Assembly: GCA_963830225.1 (NCBI GenBank)
Contig: CAWHLO010000003.1
Span: 253,812-317,811, forward strand
Length of the DNA: 64,000 bases
Direction of reading: 5' to 3'
DNA from: an uncultured Acidobacteriota bacterium
GTDB lineage: Bacteria; Acidobacteriota; Terriglobia; Terriglobales; Acidobacteriaceae
The position numbers and the translations under genes are program-made. Positions 1 to 9,310 of this stretch are shown here, in pieces. The notes below the pieces were generated by a model, which worked only from the letters and a program-made list of their open reading frames with translations, was not told where the DNA came from and made no database searches. Each line of letters opens with the position of its first letter. The first letter of the stretch is position 1.

Positions 1-1189
1 ACCAGCGATTCCAGCGCAGCAGCGGCGGAAATGCATCCTGGAGGAACCAGCGATCATGGTATTTTCGGTAGAGGCCGAGCACGGTGATTGCGCCGACTGG
101 CGGCTCCGATCGGTCGAAGCTCTTCCATCCACCGCCACGGGCGTAATTGGGCACGAAGCCTTCGGATGTCTCTTCACGGAGTGTTTCCAGGGCATTGGCA
201 TAAGCAAGATCACGGTCGCCGATGCCAGCCATGGTGGCGGCAAAAAACGTATCCCAGTCAAAGATTACGTAGCCACCCCATTTCACGCTCCACACGCGGC
301 TTACGGGAGAGATGACGCGATCATGGCTCGGCTCGTAAATTGTGTCCCAGCCCAGGGTGGTTTCAATCGCATCGACGATCGGCGCCTTCTTCCCTGTACC
401 CAGGGAACGCTCGTAGGCTTTGTGCTGTGCTTCGATTGCCGCCTGGATCTCAGTGAGAGTGCGCCGCCTGCCCGTGCTCACTCCCACGGGTCCCGTCAGA
501 TCGGCCGAGAAATACGGCCCTCCAATCGGAATATCTATCAGCTCGTTTTTCGCCGACGAACCAGAAGGCGCGCAGGTGCAGAAGACCGGAATTGTTCCCG
601 CAGAGCCGCGGGTTTCGATGAAATCGGACTGGCGCTTCGTTGTGCCTTGCCGGTTCCACAGAAAATCGACGGTGAAGACTATCGTAGGCGGAAGAGCGGA
701 TGCACTCTTGCCACGTAGAGGCGTTGCAAGAATGACCAGATCGTTTCCGTCATGCGCGCTCTGTATGCGCCAGGCATCTCCGTGCCACATGACACTCATG
801 TCCGAATAGCTACCGTTCCACGAGTGGGGTCCGGGCGTGACCTTTTCGGCGCCGGGTGTCAGCCGGCCGATCAGTGCATTCTGGAGAAATGCGTCACTTG
901 CCTCGGTGGTGTTATGTTTAAGCCCCGCGTGGATTGCAAGTCCTTCGGGCAATAGCACCTGTGTCATCACGCTATCCACATCCCAGGTGTTCCAACCCTG
1001 TGCCAGATGTTGCTGCACCTGCCGGTAGGCCGGGGACTCTGGAGGAAGTGCACTTTGTCCCGGGGCGAATCGCGAATCGAGGTGCACAGCCTGTGCGCAG
1101 GTACGCGGAAGGGCCGAAGTCCAAGTAATTGCCAGCGAGAGAAACAGAGATGCAACCGTTCTACCATGGAACGCTTCCGACACAGTCAT
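1..1189 (-). CDS. Secreted trehalase-like/GH63 (MGH1-like) glycoside hydrolase, 3'-partial (runs off window start; absent from the ORF track)
   Basis: Manual minus-strand translation is open from ATG 1189 (or GTG 1183, preceded by GAGGAG) to the edge. It reads MTVSEAFHGRTVASLFLSLAITW (signal-like) ...GWNTWDV...LGWDTIYEPSHDRVISPVSRVWSVKWGGYVIFDWDTFFAA...DRSEPPVG. The + ORFs 56..718, 752..955 and 1007..1432 are its antisense shadows. Confidence 0.8.
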   Translation of the reverse strand, partial: MTVSEAFHGRTVASLFLSLAITWTSALPRTCAQAVHLDSRFAPGQSALPPESPAYRQVQQHLAQGWNTWDVDSVMTQVLLPEGLAIHAGLKHNTTEASDAFLQNALIGRLTPGAEKVTPGPHSWNGSYSDMSVMWHGDAWRIQSAHDGNDLVILATPLRGKSASALPPTIVFTVDFLWNRQGTTKRQSDFIETRGSAGTIPVFCTCAPSGSSAKNELIDIPIGGPYFSADLTGPVGVSTGRRRTLTEIQAAIEAQHKAYERSLGTGKKAPIVDAIETTLGWDTIYEPSHDRVISPVSRVWSVKWGGYVIFDWDTFFAATMAGIGDRDLAYANALETLREETSEGFVPNYARGGGWKSFDRSEPPVGAITVLGLYRKYHDRWFLQDAFPPLLRWNRW

Positions 1190-1350
1190 CTCCTCGGTCT
1201 GTCAGGTTCGCGGACAGACTCGTTTGCAGAGCAACATTATCCACGCCAAGGTTACCACCGACTTAGCACTTGCGCCGTGCGCCGAGGTTCGATGCTAGAG
1301 CGGGCGGAAGACGGCCGCGCTCAATTTCTCAAAGATAACTGCATGGGGGA

Positions 1351-1375
1351 GGGCCGGCGGTTTGGCCGCCGGCTC
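1351..1375 (-). terminator. GC-rich hairpin between TBDR and glycosidase (no clear U-tract)
   Basis: GCCGGCGG-TTTGG-CCGCCGGC just downstream of the receptor stop. Confidence 0.4.
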
Positions 1376-1387
1376 TTCCTTGTGAGG

Positions 1388-4300
1388 TTAGAAACTAGCG
1401 CGCAGGTGCAACTGCAGACTGCGAGGAGGTAGCTGGCTTGTGGATTTCCCGAACGTGCTGTCGGTAAGACTCGAGTCGACAGATCCGAGGTTGGTGCGGT
1501 TGAAGAGGTTGAAAACTTCACCCTTGGCCTCGATCTTGATTTTCTCCGCAAAGAACCATGGAGCGTTGAAATATTTCTCAAAGGTGAAATTCATGATTTT
1601 GTATCCAGGGTTGTCGTAGGTATTGCGGCCAAGGTTCCCTGGCACTCCAAGAGACGGCGATGGGAAAGCGGAGCTCTGGAAGATTCCGTTGAGGAATTGC
1701 TTCTTCGACTGGCCGCTAAGGTGACGTCCGAAGGAAGGCTCGTTTGGTAAATCGTTGTTCAAGCCGTCGGCGTTGTAGTCGCCGCCGGCATCCCCAACGA
1801 TGGTTGTGCCCTGCGGGCATTGATCGTTTACGAGGGCCGCATTGCCGCTGCAGACCGGAACGAAGGCCGAGCTATTGTGAACGGTGAAAGGTAGACCCGT
1901 ATACCCGACCCAGACGCCGCCGAACTCCCAGCCGCCGAGGAGAGCCTTGAGCGCGCGGCTGGAATACGGACTGGGAACATCCCAGATGCCGTTGGCCGTG
2001 AACTGTTGGCGGATGTCGAAGTCGGCACGTCCCCGCTGGTATGCCAGATCGTTCGATATGTAGACATCATTCGTGTTAGAGGTAATGGAACCACTATCGA
2101 GCGATTGAGCCTGGCTCATCGTATCCAGGGTTTTGCCATAGGTGTAGATACCCCGTAAGGAAAAACCATTGGTAAACGAACGGACGACAGAGACGGAACC
2201 GTAGTTTCCAAAGGAGTTGGCGTCTGAATTACCCCACGCAGTCCCGGAGAAGTTGGGATTGAGACGCGTTAGTACGTTGTTGTTTTGGATCAGATCGCCG
2301 GCAAAGCGATTGATGTCGTTGTTGAATTCGAGTAGATGATGCGCTTCCGTGCCGGAATAGTTCAGTTGCATAATCAGGTTGTTCCGGAACTGCTGCTGCA
2401 CGCTCAACGACCAGGCCTCTACTTGTTGCATCTTGAAGTCAGGATTGTAACCACCCATGCCCGCCCGCTGTACGACACCATTAATGAGAAGAGCGCCGGT
2501 ATTCGGGTCAATCGTAGCGTTGCTGGTGTCCAAAACTGGGCAGCTCACATTCCAGGCACCATTCGGAGTGCAGATAAAAGGTGTTGGAGTGGGCTGGCCC
2601 GCGGTGACATCGTCAACCGGCGTGAAGTAGTTGGGCAGGTTACCCGCGGTTGAGTCAGTGATGTGCAGATAAGGCGGCTGGTCCTCAAACATACCAAACC
2701 CTCCGCGTAAAGCCGTCCTTCCATTGCCAAAGATGTCCCACGCGAAACCAACACGCGGTGTGAATCCACCGATGTTGTGGTCGAGGACATGGCTGGTATT
2801 GGCCAGGGCGGCCGTGCCCGACGCAACGCGCGCATCCCAGGTGGAGCCAGCACCCAGGTTGAACCTGCTAAGAATGGGTCTGTAAATGCTGAAGAAGTTG
2901 ACCATGCCGTCGTAGCGCACACCCATGTTCAACGTAAGCCGAGGCATCACCTTCCAATCGTCCTGGAAGTAATATCCCTGGATGAAGTCGCGATAGTCGC
3001 GATCATAGGGCGCCTGCTGATGGTTTTGCAGATTCACCGCCGGGCCTCTTTGATAAACCGGTTTGTCCTGGATGAAGTCAATGAGGTTGCGGAAATTGAA
3101 CGTGGGCCGCGTGAAGGCTCCTTGCTGATGGTCCACCTCGCGGGTGTTGAAGAGGTCGACTCCGAACTTAAGGGTGTGCGTCTTGATGGTCGCCGTCATC
3201 ACATCACGCCAGCTATAAGTGCTCTGCGTGAAGTTTCCTGGCGCCCAGGACCCGAACCCTGCCAGGTTGGTGACATTGATGTACGGAATCCCCTCCGTTG
3301 CCGTCTGCGTTGTGTTCGATCCATAGGGCCGGATGAGGTTCGCCCCGGTCTCGTTGATGAGGTGTGAGTTGAATGTGTGGGTCCAGTTGAAGTTGATAAA
3401 ATCCGAGCTGTTCTTGTTGCCCTGGACACTCGCCGGGCGGGTTCCACCTCCCGGGGTGTTGTAACTGGTGCGAATGACGTCTACATAGAGCCGGTCATTA
3501 TTGCCGAGATAATCGTCAATGCGGAAGCTCCACTGGTACCCGTCCTTGGGTGAACTATAGCTCACAGGGATGGTGCCGATGATATTGATGTTCTGGAGGG
3601 CTGCGCCTGCCGCGCCTGACGGCGGCGCGAAATAACCGGGCGTGCCACCCTGGCTCGAGGGCAGGATATAGGTGCTATAGGGGACCAATCCCGTCGTAGG
3701 ATAATGCTGCGGCGGCGCCATGGTCAGTTCCTGATAGGCGATGGTGTTGGGTTCGTAGGTTTTGGCCCAATTGACGAAGTCCTGCGTTTCCACGGTCGCC
3801 GTGTAGCTACTGGGATTGCTTTCGCGCAGCACATCGATGGCGCCGAACCAGAAGAGCTTGTTCTTGAAAACCGGCCCACCCATTGTGGCGCCCATCTCGT
3901 TGCGCGTAAAAGACGGAACCTTATTCTCAAAGTGGGTGAGCCCGGTCAGTGCATCATTGGTGAAGTAGTAGTCAAAGGTGCCATGGAATTGGTTGGAGCC
4001 GGACTTGGTATAGACATCGACTGTGGCGCCGGCGTTCCTTCCCTTCTGGGCATCAAAATTATTGGTGCGGACGTCAACCGATTGGACGATCTCGGGATTG
4101 GGAGAGATCGATGTGCCGCCACCACGGGAAGGCGTATTCGTATAGCCGTCGTCGATTTGAAAACCATTCTCTTCCTGGCGCAGGCCGGCAGCATTAATGT
4201 TGATGGCGTACTCGTTGGTGTAGTTATCGTTGCCACCTGTCACCACACCCCCGCCAGTCATGCCCGGTGTGAGCGACGCCAGACCGTAAATGTTCTGCCC

Positions 4301-4747
4301 AGAGAGCGGCGTGGTCTGCACCGTCTCATTGGAAATGACCGAACCCGTGGTAGGGTTCACCAGATTGACGGCGGCTGCGGTTGCGGAGACCTGAATATTG
4401 GTGGAGACCGCGCCTACCTTCAATTCTGGCGACAAAGTGCGTATCTCGCCAACCTGCAGGGTCAAGCCATTTTGCGTCCAGGTCTGGAAGCCGGCCATTT
4501 GAATCTTGACGTCGTAAGTAGACGCGGCAATGCTAAGAATTCGGAAATAGCCATCACTTCCAGACAGCACAGTCTTTGAAACACCCAGGCGGGTGTCGGT
4601 GACCGTCACTTTTGCGCCTGGAACAACGGCTCCGGTCGTGTCGTGTACGATGCCTTCAATTCCGCTTGTGAACTGAGCGAAAGCCGGTGCCCCTGCCAAG
4701 CCGAACGTAAGCAGCAGGAAGAACATGATAAATGTCCAACGTTTCAT
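1388..4747 (-). CDS. TonB-dependent receptor, Oar-like, with N-terminal carboxypeptidase-regulatory-like domain
   Basis: Signal peptide; GIVHDTTGAVVPGAKVTVT; plug motifs (NIYGLASLTPG, FDAQKGRNAGATVDVYTKSGSN); YFQDDWK; C-terminal PRSLQLHLRASF; RBS AAGGAG. Confidence 0.92.
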   Translation of the reverse strand: MKRWTFIMFFLLLTFGLAGAPAFAQFTSGIEGIVHDTTGAVVPGAKVTVTDTRLGVSKTVLSGSDGYFRILSIAASTYDVKIQMAGFQTWTQNGLTLQVGEIRTLSPELKVGAVSTNIQVSATAAAVNLVNPTTGSVISNETVQTTPLSGQNIYGLASLTPGMTGGGVVTGGNDNYTNEYAININAAGLRQEENGFQIDDGYTNTPSRGGGTSISPNPEIVQSVDVRTNNFDAQKGRNAGATVDVYTKSGSNQFHGTFDYYFTNDALTGLTHFENKVPSFTRNEMGATMGGPVFKNKLFWFGAIDVLRESNPSSYTATVETQDFVNWAKTYEPNTIAYQELTMAPPQHYPTTGLVPYSTYILPSSQGGTPGYFAPPSGAAGAALQNINIIGTIPVSYSSPKDGYQWSFRIDDYLGNNDRLYVDVIRTSYNTPGGGTRPASVQGNKNSSDFINFNWTHTFNSHLINETGANLIRPYGSNTTQTATEGIPYINVTNLAGFGSWAPGNFTQSTYSWRDVMTATIKTHTLKFGVDLFNTREVDHQQGAFTRPTFNFRNLIDFIQDKPVYQRGPAVNLQNHQQAPYDRDYRDFIQGYYFQDDWKVMPRLTLNMGVRYDGMVNFFSIYRPILSRFNLGAGSTWDARVASGTAALANTSHVLDHNIGGFTPRVGFAWDIFGNGRTALRGGFGMFEDQPPYLHITDSTAGNLPNYFTPVDDVTAGQPTPTPFICTPNGAWNVSCPVLDTSNATIDPNTGALLINGVVQRAGMGGYNPDFKMQQVEAWSLSVQQQFRNNLIMQLNYSGTEAHHLLEFNNDINRFAGDLIQNNNVLTRLNPNFSGTAWGNSDANSFGNYGSVSVVRSFTNGFSLRGIYTYGKTLDTMSQAQSLDSGSITSNTNDVYISNDLAYQRGRADFDIRQQFTANGIWDVPSPYSSRALKALLGGWEFGGVWVGYTGLPFTVHNSSAFVPVCSGNAALVNDQCPQGTTIVGDAGGDYNADGLNNDLPNEPSFGRHLSGQSKKQFLNGIFQSSAFPSPSLGVPGNLGRNTYDNPGYKIMNFTFEKYFNAPWFFAEKIKIEAKGEVFNLFNRTNLGSVDSSLTDSTFGKSTSQLPPRSLQLHLRASF

Positions 4748-4801
4748 GCTGGTCTCCTTTTTGAATCTCGCTCTGTTTCCGTGCCGGGCTGTGGGTAATC
4801 C

Positions 4802-7294
4802 TTAGCGCCCAACGACGCTTACAATGTTTGCGTCTGATCCGGTCCAGGCCTGGGGCCCTGTATGTGTCAATCGGCCGGCCGTATCGTTCCAATGCAAGTG
4901 AGTGATCTTGAAGTCACCCTTTTCGTACTCGTAGGTATGTCCGTCATCGCTGTAAAGGGCAAAGTCGCCATCCGCGCCCGGATAAACGAGCACACGAGCA
5001 ATCTTCTGCGGCTCCGCGGTGCTGAGAATTCTGCTACCCAGTGGAATGATTGATCCCGCACGGACAAACAGCGGAATCGTGTCAATCGGCGCGGCTACCT
5101 CAACTGTCTGGCCGCCCTTCAATCGCTGATCCGTCCAGTAGTTGTACCAGTCGGTTCCAGCAGGGAGATAGACCTTGCGGCTCGTGGCTCCCTGCCGGGT
5201 AACCGGGGCTACCAGAATTGCCGGACCAAACATATATTCGTCGCCTATATTCGACACATTCGGATCATTGGGAAAATCCATGAACAGCGCCCGCATATAC
5301 GGTGCGCCGGTCTGGTACGTGTGAAACGCGGCGGAGTAAATGTAAGGCAGCAGCTGATAGCGCAGGCGCAGATACTTTTCGAGTATGGGCTCGGCTTGTT
5401 TTCCATACGACCATACTTCGTTATGTTTTCTTTCTCCGTGAGCCCGCATTACCGGCTGGAAAACTCCCCATTCAAACCAGCGCACAAACAGTTCGGGATA
5501 GTCTTCGTAACCGTCGACGTTTGCCCGCGCATCTGAAGGGTCAACCAAAGGCTTATGCGCCGGGTGGTAATTGGCAGGAATTTCCGGTGAGAAGAACCCT
5601 GCAATATCCGTGTCCCAGTAGGGCATTCCGGAGGCGGTGAAATCCAATCCCGCAGAGATAGAACGCTTCAGCATGTCCCAGGTGGACATGATGTCGCTCG
5701 ACCAGAAGACAGTTCCATTTCGCTGCGCTCCAAGATAGGCCGCGCGGGCGAGGGAAAATACCCGGCGGCTGTACCCGTAATCGCGCCGGAAGCCCTCATA
5801 AACGGAAGCGGTGTGAAAAAGGGGATAAACGTTGTAATAACGACGACCTGAGCCGACGTAGAAGAAGTCGTTGGTAGGATCGGTGTCCGGTTCGGTCTCA
5901 TCAAGCCAGATGTAGTTGAAGCCGTCAGGCTTAATATAGCGATCGCGGATCGTATCCCACCACCACTTGGCAGCGGCAGGGTTTGTGGTGTCGATGTTGG
6001 GCCCAATCACGTCCTTAAAGTGACCAAAATCCGGCTTGCCGTCAGCGGTGTGAATGAGCCATCCCTTTTGTTTCAGCATGTCGTAGTAGCGTGAGCCGGG
6101 GGAGAAGTGCGGCCAAACGCTGAGCAGGGTGGTGATGCCCATCGCATGAAGCTGTTTGTTCATGGCAGCCGGATCAGGCCATCGCTTCGGGTCGAGGTCC
6201 ATATTCCCCTGTTTGGTCATGTTGAGGAAGTCCACGACGATAACATCGAGTGGTAAATCGCGGTCGCGATAGCCTTTCGCGACAGCCATAAGCTGGTCCT
6301 GAGTGGGATAGATTGCCTTGCTCTGGATGTAGCCGTATACGGCTTTCGGCAACAGGTGCGCGATGCCGGTGAGCTGGCGATAACCCTCGTAAATCTCGTC
6401 AGTGTTGTTGCCCGCGATCACAAAGAACGAAACGCGGTTTCCCACTGCCGACGACCACACATTCTGCAGGTTGAAACCCAGATCGACTGTGGTTTTGGAG
6501 GGGTTATCCCAGATCAGGCCGTAATCCCGGCTCGACACCATGAATGGAACACAGACAGTCTCTCCCCCGATGGCGTTGTACTGATGCCAGCAGTCGATAC
6601 GATGGTCGCGTAAATCAAGAAAGCCCTGCTGGTGCTGGCCCAGGCCGTAGTAGTGCTCACCGGCCGGAGAGTCAAAGGTAGCGGAAACCCTGTAACCAGG
6701 ATCCGATTTTTGGCCGTTTGCAGCACCGCCGGAGGAGGCTACCGGCCGGTTGGGAATCATGATCCAGCGGCGCATGGTTAGCAGCGGCTTGCCGGATGCC
6801 GTTGTTATCGAGATCGTGTCATTGTATGGTCCGTTTCCACGACTTCTGCCGCCGAAGTAGTGTTCTCTAAGTGACTCATTCAACGCATCGAGCGGCATAC
6901 GGTGAGGTGGCGGCAGGTTCGCCGGGGCCACGCGGACGACCATCCGGCTCGAGCGAATCACCTCGTATCCCTCGGAGCCCTGCTCGTGGGTCCAGCCGGT
7001 CATCGAAGGCGTGCCCACAAATCCGTATCCGGGAGCTGCGAGGGCCGCAGACCTGTCGGAACTCAATGTGATCCGAACGATATTGGGCGCATATGGCTCA
7101 ATCACCACGGTCCTGCCTTGGCGCGAAAGCACCACCTGCGTGTCCGCACTCCAGGCAGCCTGGCAATTCAGAGAAAAGATCCCCAGCGCGACCACGGCCG
7201 CGACCCCGAGAATGGAAGACAAAAGCGCCCGGTTCGGACCCTCTCCCGTTCGCCTGTCGAGAGCTACTGAGTGTTGCCTGACTCCCTTTTTCAT
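4802..7294 (-). CDS. Secreted glycoside hydrolase family 31 (alpha-xylosidase-like)
   Basis: YYGLGQHQ, WLDETEPD (nucleophile), WSSDI (acid/base), RWFEWGVFQPVMRAHG, EYMFGPAILVAPV. Likely start is ATG 7294 (MKKG), not 7417. Confidence 0.9.
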   Translation of the reverse strand: MKKGVRQHSVALDRRTGEGPNRALLSSILGVAAVVALGIFSLNCQAAWSADTQVVLSRQGRTVVIEPYAPNIVRITLSSDRSAALAAPGYGFVGTPSMTGWTHEQGSEGYEVIRSSRMVVRVAPANLPPPHRMPLDALNESLREHYFGGRSRGNGPYNDTISITTASGKPLLTMRRWIMIPNRPVASSGGAANGQKSDPGYRVSATFDSPAGEHYYGLGQHQQGFLDLRDHRIDCWHQYNAIGGETVCVPFMVSSRDYGLIWDNPSKTTVDLGFNLQNVWSSAVGNRVSFFVIAGNNTDEIYEGYRQLTGIAHLLPKAVYGYIQSKAIYPTQDQLMAVAKGYRDRDLPLDVIVVDFLNMTKQGNMDLDPKRWPDPAAMNKQLHAMGITTLLSVWPHFSPGSRYYDMLKQKGWLIHTADGKPDFGHFKDVIGPNIDTTNPAAAKWWWDTIRDRYIKPDGFNYIWLDETEPDTDPTNDFFYVGSGRRYYNVYPLFHTASVYEGFRRDYGYSRRVFSLARAAYLGAQRNGTVFWSSDIMSTWDMLKRSISAGLDFTASGMPYWDTDIAGFFSPEIPANYHPAHKPLVDPSDARANVDGYEDYPELFVRWFEWGVFQPVMRAHGERKHNEVWSYGKQAEPILEKYLRLRYQLLPYIYSAAFHTYQTGAPYMRALFMDFPNDPNVSNIGDEYMFGPAILVAPVTRQGATSRKVYLPAGTDWYNYWTDQRLKGGQTVEVAAPIDTIPLFVRAGSIIPLGSRILSTAEPQKIARVLVYPGADGDFALYSDDGHTYEYEKGDFKITHLHWNDTAGRLTHTGPQAWTGSDANIVSVVGR

Positions 7295-7635
7295 AGACCG
7301 ACCTTGGATGGAGGAGGCGGAACACCGCATGCGAAGGCTTTTCCCGCCTCCATCGAAAGATGGAAAACAATACCGCGAGAAAGTTTGAGTCCGTATTGGA
7401 GAACCGACAAGTAACACACGGTATATTTACTGTTTAACTAGCTGATATTCAGACATTTATTTCCAAATGGAAATTCGGCGTCCAACGCGGTTCCATATGG
7501 GTGCAGGAGCATGCGACGGGGCGCTGTGCGGCGCCGTTCAGCCGGGATGAAGCCCGTTGGGCCATCCCCGCACCCATGCACAGGTGGAAATCGACACCGC
7601 CTCCCTCCACAAATTCCACGAAAAGGAATCGAGGA

Positions 7636-7661
7636 CAGTTCCGAAAAGCAGTTCCGAAAAG
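7636..7661. repeat. Perfect 13-bp tandem direct repeat CAGTTCCGAAAAG x2
   Basis: 7636-7648 and 7649-7661 are identical; located in the divergent intergenic region. Confidence 0.9.
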
Positions 7662-7721
7662 ATGAAGAAACTTAGCTAAAGAGATCTTTGCAGTATGCTA
7701 TGACACAGACCCCAGGAGGGC

Positions 7722-7750
7722 TTGACAATAATTTCGCGTCTTGCTTTACT
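7722..7750 (+). promoter_or_regulatory. Putative sigma70 promoter for regulator/CRTAC1/TPR genes
   Basis: TTGACA-N17-TTTACT. Confidence 0.45.
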
Positions 7751-7913
7751 TATGCCGCACTCGAAATGCCCTTTCTCTGCGCTGATGAACGTAATATGTA
7801 TTTTTTGCCTGCTCCTCGCAGGAAAGCGCAGCACAATAACGGCTCATTCGCAAACGGCTTATTTGCAGCGTTGAAGCGCCGACCTCGGAAGAGTCTCGAT
7901 GGCGGGTCAGTCC

Positions 7914-9212
7914 ATGAAGTCAGTTCTCGAATTGCCGAAGAACAGCGAGTCCCCTGAATGCTCGCCGGAAAATGACCTTACTGGCCGGTCGAAAGTGCTT
8001 CAGGAGCTTGACAACATTCTGTCGAGCCGCTACTTCAAGAGCGCAGACCGCTGTAAACAATTCCTTCGTTTCGTGGTTCTGAGCACGCTCGACGGTTACC
8101 CCGAGCGGCTCAAGGAACGCACCATCGGAACTGAGGTGTTTCAGCGTCCTCCGGGATATGCCACGGGAGAGGACCCTGTGGTTCGGGTTCAGGCCGGTGA
8201 AGTCCGGCGGCGCCTCGTTCAGTACTACCAAGAGACACCGCAACCATCTCCAGTGCGCATTGAATTGCCGGTGGGCTCATATGCGCCAATTTTTCATTGG
8301 GATGCCAGCCCGGGAGTCCCAAAGGCGCCTCCGGATGCGCTTCCCGCTTCTCGGCGAATGCCTCGGCTCAAGGCGATCTCCTTCGCGACTGTCGCACTTC
8401 TTGCCGTTCTTGGAGCCGCCGCTCTCATTCATTCGTTAGTTCGCACAGCGGATTCCAAGACTGCGCTCACAGAATTCTGGGGGCCAGCCATTACAAGCCA
8501 CCAACCCATCCTCATTTGTCTCGCAAACGCCTCAGACCGTCCCACCGAGGAGAACTCCCAGCCTTCCTCCTCACAAGCTGATTCGAACACCCCCCAAACC
8601 GAGCCCAAGGCTGTCGATGCTTCGTTGAATTTTTTTCGGGACCAAGACACCGCCAACAACGAATCTTCGGTTTCGCCCGAGATCGTTCCCGCGGCCGATG
8701 CCTCTGTTGCTGTCGCCCTGTCAGCCCTCTTCGGAAAGCTCAACAAGACAACACAGTTACGCATCGGCGCAACGGCGAGGTACGAGGATCTCAGCAATTT
8801 CCCAGCGGCAGTGATTGGAGGGTTCAACAACAGGTGGACCATGCAACTGGTGTCGAACCTGCACTTTGCTTTCCTTCAGGACCACGGGCAGTACATGATC
8901 CGCGAGCGGATTCCAGGCGGAAGATCCTGGACCACTCGGCTCGGACCCCACGGCGAGACGGTGGAAGACTTCGCCATTGTGAGCCGCCTGATTGACTCCA
9001 AAACCGGTCAGTTTACAGTCACAATAGCCGGGATCGGTCCCCGGGGAACTCAAGCCGCCGGCGAGTTTGTTTCTTCCTCGCGTGCGCTTGAACACGGACT
9101 TGCCGGAGCTCCAGCCGGCTGGCAGAACCGCAACCTGGAAGTGCTGCTGCAAACCAGCGTGACAGACTCGGTGGCGGGTCCGCCCCGGGTCATCGGGATT
9201 TTTGCCTGGTGA
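7914..9212 (+). CDS. Putative membrane-anchored one-component regulator (N-terminal cytoplasmic HTH-like domain, TM helix, extracytoplasmic domain), copy 1
   Basis: N-terminal ...FLRFVV...LKERTIGTEVF..PPGYATGEDPVVRVQAGEVRRRL..YY...RIELPVGSYAP; hydrophobic ISFATVALLAVLGAAALI; C-terminal IGGFNNRWT...DFAIVSR..DSKTG...AGIGPRGTQAAGEF. DNA-binding function is inferred. Confidence 0.65.
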   Translation: MKSVLELPKNSESPECSPENDLTGRSKVLQELDNILSSRYFKSADRCKQFLRFVVLSTLDGYPERLKERTIGTEVFQRPPGYATGEDPVVRVQAGEVRRRLVQYYQETPQPSPVRIELPVGSYAPIFHWDASPGVPKAPPDALPASRRMPRLKAISFATVALLAVLGAAALIHSLVRTADSKTALTEFWGPAITSHQPILICLANASDRPTEENSQPSSSQADSNTPQTEPKAVDASLNFFRDQDTANNESSVSPEIVPAADASVAVALSALFGKLNKTTQLRIGATARYEDLSNFPAAVIGGFNNRWTMQLVSNLHFAFLQDHGQYMIRERIPGGRSWTTRLGPHGETVEDFAIVSRLIDSKTGQFTVTIAGIGPRGTQAAGEFVSSSRALEHGLAGAPAGWQNRNLEVLLQTSVTDSVAGPPRVIGIFAW

Positions 9213-9310
9213 TTTTCAGAAACACAGTCAACAATGACGGTTCTTTTCGCCGCGGTCAGGCAACTCAGGCGCAGAGGCGGACGCGGCCGGAGGGAGAAGC
9301 TGTCTTGTTC

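Noticed and set aside
56-718. 220-aa + strand ORF (also 752..955 and 1007..1432)
   Set aside because: In-register antisense shadows of the minus-strand glycosidase; no motifs
7636-7661. Direct repeat as a possible CRISPR remnant
   Set aside because: Two abutting 13-mers with no spacer and no cas genes
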